From the NCBI RefSeq assembly GCF_009914755.1, contig NC_060943.1: a DNA stretch of 64,000 nucleotides; one strand, written 5' to 3'. The stretch is from the human T2T-CHM13v2.0 reference genome, Homo sapiens. The position numbers and the translations under genes were made by a program. A model generated the notes under the pieces. That model was not told the origin of the DNA and made no database searches. It saw only the letters and a list, made by a program, of their open reading frames with translations. Position 1 is the stretch's first letter, and the number at the start of each line of letters is the position of its first letter. Positions 55,566 through 64,000 of this stretch are shown here, one piece after another.

Positions 55566-57602
55566 TCATCTGTAATAACCTTTAGGACAAACTGTAAGGG
55601 AGAAAATGTGCTATGATGACATCAAATAATAATGAGTTCACTGGCTGCTGAAAACCAGGAGAATGTTGCTGAAAAATTTAATGGCTACAATAAATAAAAC
55701 AAAAGTAATAAAAAAAACACAGTACACATACTGGGGAAACAACTGAAATCAAGTACCAAGTCCCACCAGTCAAACTTCTTGAGCTTCCCTGCCCCTCCCC
55801 GCTTGGGGACACATGTCCTCCACTGGACAGCTCCTGGAGGGCCTCATGTGTCCTGGCGCTGGTGCAGTAGGAAGCCTGGGGGAAGAGACTGCTGTCAGGC
55901 AGGGCTCCAGATGCCATCGAATCATTTTGATTGCCCTTTCCATTTTTTTTCTACTTCACTCTTGTCTTAAACAATTAATACCTGGATTTGGGTGATATTT
56001 CGTGGGTTATACTTTTCCCTAGTACCCATGAAAATAAATGCATAGCTATCAAAATAAAACATGCTCACCTACAAGCCCATAAAGTCCTTTTTCACGGCAG
56101 GAAACATGGATCCTCTAACCCATAGGCTTTGCTTTATTTATCAGCAGCCCCTTCAAATCACAGATAAGCTGCAGACTCTGGCCATCCTAAACAAATGTCA
56201 CGCCTCTCACAAACACAGAGTAAATGTGATGTGTGGTGTCTCCAGACCTGCAGGTAGCAGATGTGCAGGACCCAGGAACAGCTGCAGGGAAGAGCCCATC
56301 CAAGCTCCCTTAAATACTAGCTTTTGTCACCCAGAATCCCATATTAAAAGGGGGTGATATTTGGTGGGAGAGGCCAGGGAAGAAGCCCTAAGGCTCTGAT
56401 GCATTCCGGCCCTCTGACTCCTGATCACCCTCACTGTTGCGCCCCCTCCCTCCAGGAGCAGCCCAGGCTTAACGGATTCCCTCAGGAACCCCAGTTCCAG
56501 CCCCTGCCAAACCGCTCCCCTACCCTGCTGGCCTGGGGCTGGAACTGGGGTTCCTCTGTAGCACCCTGCAGCGCAGCTGGGCAAGCCACTTCTCTGTGCA
56601 CCACAGGACACACCTGTACAGGGGACTGTGCCATTGAGCCCACAGGTGCTCTGAGGACAGGAGAGAGGCTATGTGCAAAGCATCTGCCCTGGGGCCTGAC
56701 GTAGAGGTCTCACCACCAAAGGGCACTAACCACTTGCCACAGAAGCCTCAAAAGTTAGACCTAGATGGATGCAAATTCTACCCTCTGCCCTCTTGGTGCC
56801 TGAGATGGGGTGAGGACACACTCTCCAAGCACCCACCTGTGAGAGGGGGGACAGGCAGTCAACAGGCAGCCAGCCCAGGCCCAGGCCCAGGCCCACCAGG
56901 AGCCCAGGAGCACCTCCCTGGCTGTGGTGCACCCTCCCTAGGTCCCCCCTCATCCCCCCGGGCCCTCCTGCCACAGGTCCCTGCAGCAGCCCCCTCCTGC
57001 TCCGCACAGCCTTGCATGGGCTCTACTTCCACCTCCTCTTGGCACAGCCCTGGAATTGTGCCAGGCTGAGGAAAGGAGAGCAGATACCACCCCCTCTAGT
57101 GATGCATTAACACTGATCAATGACTGGGACCCCTGGCCCTGAAGCTGGATCTGGCCTCAAAATCCACTTTTACCTGGAGCTTCACTGATCGTTGGGGTGC
57201 AGGGGGGCCTGCCCTCTCCTTTTCAGGTATGCCCAGCAATCCCCCTATCCAACTGCACATCTGCTAATACTGCCAGAATTTGACAACCCTGCCTCTCCCC
57301 ACAGACCCCAGAGGCCCTGTGAGGAAGCCTCAACCTCACTTTCTAAGCCCCTATCAGCTCCCTGGGTTCTCAGCCTCCTGCCAGTGGCCTCCAAGACTGC
57401 CTTGAACTGCACCACCCCCACTGACCCCAAGTGTAAGATGAGGCCTCTGGGATTCTCCTCCCCAACCTGCTCCTCCCAAAGAGAATCCCACAGGCCCTCC
57501 TGCTTGCTGTAGGAGCTCTGCTGAAGATGGACTAGGAAGAGCTGGTTCTTCACAGCCTCAGTGAGGCCGATCAGGCACTATTTTATTTATTAAGAAATTC
57601 TT

Positions 57603-58244
<642 letters not shown>

Positions 58245-59254
58245 TAAGTACTGGCTCTTTTACCACACTCTCAGCTGCCACTCACAGCAACACACAGATA
58301 AAGCACGCCTGTGGCCTTGAAGGTGCTCCTGGCCTGGCAGGCGAGCAGACATGTGATGAGAGAGCTTCTAAGTGTGTAGCAGGCAGGGCTGTGACACTCA
58401 GGATGCTCTGGGGCCCCTAGGAGGGTGACAGAGGGAGTCTGCGAGGACACCTGGAGAGTAAGCAGGAGTCCTCTGGACAAGCTGGGGAGGCAAGGACCCG
58501 GGAGCAGCACAAGTAAAGGGCTGGGCACACAGCAGCGCAGCATGCGCAGAGTGCCAGACAAGGTGGGGACACCTCCCGGCAGGCCACCCCGGGCCATGCT
58601 CAGCTCAGGGAGTGACAGGGTCAGACTGTCGTTTTAAATAGCTCATTCTGCTATGCAGAAGCAAACACACAGCTGAAGCAGGGAGACAGTTCTGTGGGCG
58701 CTGGCCAGCCTCAGGGAGCGACATGGTGAGGGGCAGGAAGGGACGTGGCTGTGGGAAGCAGCGGGGCTGAGAGAGGGAGGACTCAAGGCAGGCCGGGAAG
58801 CCCACCACTCGGCTGTGTGCCTGCAGGGGTGTCAGGGGATGGATGGCGGGATACCTGTAGCCAGACACCAGGGAGCCGCCGTCAGCCTGTCCTACTGACG
58901 TGCACCTGCTGGTTCATTCATTCCCTATGGAAAGTTCTGAGCACAGACTTTCGGCAGATCACGCTGTACCCATTCTGGGACACCAGTACATCACTGACCA
59001 TGAGGGAAAAAATGGTGCCGACTGGAACACACAGCTTCTCCTCAAAGACACAGAAATGCGACTGAAATGGGCATTTCATTCCTTCTCACAGCAACCCTGA
59101 GCACTTGGAGGTAGGTCCAGGTGGAAGGTCTTCCTCACACCCTGCACACAGCCTGGAACCATAAGCCATCCCCACTACCCTCTCCCCTCAACTGTCATGA
59201 ATGGGACCCTGAATGCCACACCCCTACCACCTTTCTAAACTTAACTCAGAAACA

Positions 59255-59815
59255 ACCGCTACAGGCAATTCCACTTCTGGGTATGTACCCAAAAGAACCG
59301 AAAGCAGGGACGTGGACAGACATTTACACACCCATGTCCACAGCAGCATTATTTGCCATGGCTAAAACATGGTGGATACAACTCAAGTGTTCAGGAACAG
59401 ATGAATGAATAAGCCAAGTGTGATATATCTGAACAACAGGACAGTATTTCAGCCTTAAAAAGGAAGGGAATCCTGACACATGCAACAACACAGATGAAGA
59501 CTGAAGACATTATGCTGAGGGAAAGAAGCCAGTCGCATGAACACTGCACAATTCCACTCATACTCAGTAGACAAAATCAGAGAGGTGGAAAGTCGAACAG
59601 TACGTGCGCCCAGGGCTCGGGAAGGGGAGGGACGTGAGTGTTGAATGGGAACAGAGCTCGGTTTTGCAAGATGAAGAGTCCTGGAGACAGATGGTGATCA
59701 TGACCACACAACCATGTGAGTGTGTAAGACCACTGAACTGTACAGTTAAAAACAGCTAAGATGGTTAAGTTTTATGGGATGTATATTTTACAATTAAAAC
59801 AAAAACAAAAACAAA
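59255..59815 (+). mobile_element. L1MB-like 3' end
   Basis: gcaattccacttctgggtatgtacccaaaagaa...cagccttaaaaaggaagggaatcctgacacatgc...ccactgaactgtacagttaaaa, ending in an A-rich tail. Confidence 0.8.
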
Positions 59816-62800
59816 AACACCAGCGGGACCCTGGCAGAGCCCCTGCTGCCTAAGTTCCTAAGAGGTCCTCCTGCCAGGACCACTCTCCCTCAGGCATCTT
59901 TTAGGTGGCTCCTGGGCCCTCTGCTCCTCCTGCACAGGCCACTGAGGCAAACGGGAGTCTCATGTGCAAATAAATGGACAGGGCAGCCAAAGAAGAGAGG
60001 GGCTGGGCTTGGAACTGAGACCAGGAAAACCTCCTGAGGCTGTGGAGCAAGTTGTATTTCCAAGATAAGCATGAACATCGCTCCCTTGTGGGACTGTGGG
60101 AGGGATCAGATGGCCATGTGGGAGAACTTGCAAGGCCCATAGTCAAGTGCCAGCCAGCTGGAGGTGGGTCTCGATCTGTGCAATGGGAAGCATGGAAACC
60201 ATCACCTCTAGGGCCACTGTTAAGCCATGAGTGCTCATGAGTGCTTGAGGGCTTTTTTTAAAAAAAAAATTCTTCCCTTCTTTTCTTCTTAACTTCCCAC
60301 ACTATGCTGATGTATCAAGGGCCTTTCTGAATGCTAATACCACATCTGCAGGAGCTATGGGAAGATCCTGGGGAAGGGACCTCAGCCCCTGAGCCGCAGT
60401 CTCCCCATCGGTCAATAGCAGGGCCCCAACACTGCCTATCTCGGTATGTGGGGGCCAGATGTAAACAGGTACTCTCCCCCAGGCTCACTCTGGCAGGCCT
60501 CTTGGAGCCCACACACCCAACCTCGGCTGTTCAAGTAAAGCAGTGGGGGACCAGGGGAGCTAGGGCATTAGGGAAGGGTCTCTGGCTCCGTAAGGCTCCA
60601 GGCAGTGGTGAGAGGACCCCGAGGTTGGAATGCACATCCTGTGAGTACAGGCTCTGGGCAGAGCCATGGAAGAGGTACCCATGGAAAGGTGCCTCTGCCT
60701 GCAAGGGGCACCCACAGAAGACTCCCCTCCATTATCTGCCACTGTGAAAACTACCACCCAGCACTTTCACTGCCTGGCAGACCTAAGCACAAGTAGAGGC
60801 TCCCCTGGGTGCACAGGGAGACATTCACATGAATATCTGCAAAACACCTTTTCATTAGCAAAACTCTGGAAGCCAGTTCCATGATCATGAAGCGGCTTCT
60901 AGCAGGGAATGCTATGCTGCAGTTAAAGGAGTGAGCTAGACCCATGTGTAACCAAGCACAGAAAGCTGGGACACACTGTGGAGGGAGGTGAGCTAGGTGT
61001 AGAGTGATTGCCCTGTGTGCCAGAACTGACTGAAAAGCCACATGCACAGTATGGCCCAGTGCTCTGGGCTGTGCCTGCACAGCACAGGAAAATGGACTCT
61101 ACACTAGTGACATGGGTCCTCTCCAGAGGGATAGAAGAACTGCATCAGGGACAGGGGTCAAAGGAGGCCTTTAGCTGTAACTCAAACATTTTACTTTTTT
61201 AAAGGAAGACGTATTTATTGCTTGTGTACTGAAAAGTCAGTGAGAAAAAAGGGAAAAGAAACATATTAAGGAGAACGACTAAGCTCAGGAACGCCCAGGA
61301 GTGCAGGGCCATGCCTGGATGTGCAGGCTGAGGCTGGGTCCCAGGACGCTTCAAAGACCATGAGCCACCTAGATTCCATTCTGCATGGGGAAGGCTGGTT
61401 CTAAGGACTGTACACAAGGATATCAGAGACAATGGGTTGCAGAAGGCCACCTTAGGCCAGGTTTGCTGGGTGACACCTGTTACTCACTGTCATTCTTAAT
61501 AGCACCTCATTCATCTGAAAAGTGTCCTGGTCTTGATAAGATGCACAGTCACCCTAGCTACAGGGGGCAGGGAATGGCTCACAGCGATTGCGCCACCCCT
61601 ACCCCTGGGAGCCGGCTCATGGTGACACAAGCCCACACAACTAGGTTGGGGACCACAAAAATATGTGTCCGTCCCAAGCCTCTGTGAGCCTCATCTGTTC
61701 ATATGGGTGCTGTTACCCCATTTTCCCACCACAGGTAAGAAAATCAGTACCTACCTGCAGTACTCGACAGCACCCACCAGCAGTGCCAATGTGGTGCCGG
61801 TGGCGGGGTGAACTGGGGATTGGTGGTAGCCCCTCAGTGGGGGGAGGGAGAACTTTTTAAGTTACGGAAATATTCTACACCTCAACTGGAGTAGTTACAC
61901 AGGTATACGAATTTGTCAAAAATGCATCAAAATGTAGCGTAGAGCTAAATAAAAAGACAAATGTGAAAGCAAGACAGACATAACTGTTTAATGAGGGACT
62001 TCCACTGCCAAATGTACACCTGAAATAGGCACATTGTACTGTATGTAAATTAGACCTCACTAAAGGCAGTTTTTAAATTGTTGGAGGTAGAATCAGAAAG
62101 ACAGCTGAGAGGAAAGTCCCTAAGTATGGTTTTTAATGCCTGGAGTTTGAGACACCAGTGTGGGCAGGACACACTGATGAGGCCAAAGGGGGTCCTCAGA
62201 CTGAGATGAGAACTGAAGGCCATGAGTGACCAGGTGAATGAACAACGCCCATGGAAAGGGGAAATGGATAGAACACAGAGACAGTGGCAGCAGCACCTGG
62301 GGCCACCATCCACCTGAGGCAGGTAGGATTGGCCAGGCTGCCCCACTCACTGCACACACACAGTCAGAGAGAGCAGCAGGAAAGGGGACAGGCACAGGGC
62401 GCCCTGCCAGGAGCAGTGTTTCTGCACTGTCCCAGCCAGGCGGCACTAGAGGAAAGGAGAGGAGAGGCTCGGGTGAACAGGGTGGGAGACATGGCTTGGT
62501 GAAGGCATAGGGGAACAAGGAGGCAGGCGGGAGATGCTGGGCAAGGAGGGGACTGACAGGCAGACTCCATGGCACCGGGAGGAAGAGGCTTGAGCATTCA
62601 TCCTGTAAATGGATGACCCTTGGAAATGAACAGCTGAGGCTGCATGGCACCCTGCCAGTCACAAAGTGCTTTTTCAAAGTTGTCTTCCTATCGAACTCCT
62701 GGTTACAAAGAGCCAAAGCTCTACATCACTGTGTGCGGATATTCGTGCATGGCAAATCTGTCATCCAGACAGGCCAGTTTTCCCCTTCTTCCTTCACTCA

Positions 62801-62940
62801 AAACTGAGGCCTGGCAAGGGATAGAGCATCGGATCACTACCACACCAGACAGCCAGACAGAGCCAAGCTGTAGCTCTACCTCGCCCTTAGCGGGTCATCT
62901 GGAATCCACACGCCTGGGCCCACGGCAGCAGGTGAGGTCA

Positions 62941-63970
<1,030 letters not shown>

Positions 63971-64000
63971 AATAAATAGATAATAAAAATAAAAATTTAA

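Overview
Human (primate) genomic DNA, recognisable as the 19p13.11 locus. Two minus-strand genes lie head-to-tail. (1) SLC35E1 is complete: six coding exons (29153-28733, 28371-28301, 24958-24821, 23446-23321, 12187-11942, 10699-10469) with GT-AG junctions join into 1233 nt = 410 aa + stop. It has a CpG-island promoter at ~28.6-29.8 kb and a ~3.8 kb Alu-containing 3'UTR ending near 6.6 kb. (2) The 3' part of MED26 comprises exon 2 (35198-35124) and a very large terminal exon (CDS 34471-32816, 3'UTR to ~31.7 kb). Everything from 35.2 kb to the window end is MED26 intron 1, and exon 1 lies beyond the window. From recall, CHERP should start just left of the window; no CHERP exon is visible. The left half is very Alu-dense (about 47 copies or fragments by my manual count) and also carries MaLR LTRs, MER DNA transposons and L1/L2/MIR relics. 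Nearly all short ORFs in the supplied track are Alu-derived or GC-rich noise. I see no tRNA, rRNA or CRISPR array, and no clearly new protein-coding system. The best hypotheses are RNA-level: a poly(A)-site choice that would switch an inverted-Alu duplex on or off in the SLC35E1 3'UTR; a three-copy, mutually exclusive hairpin in MED26 intron 1; MED26-to-SLC35E1 read-through geometry; and a long Arg-rich alternative frame in the NMD-escaping last exon of MED26. Repeat coordinates are approximate and subfamily calls are by eye.
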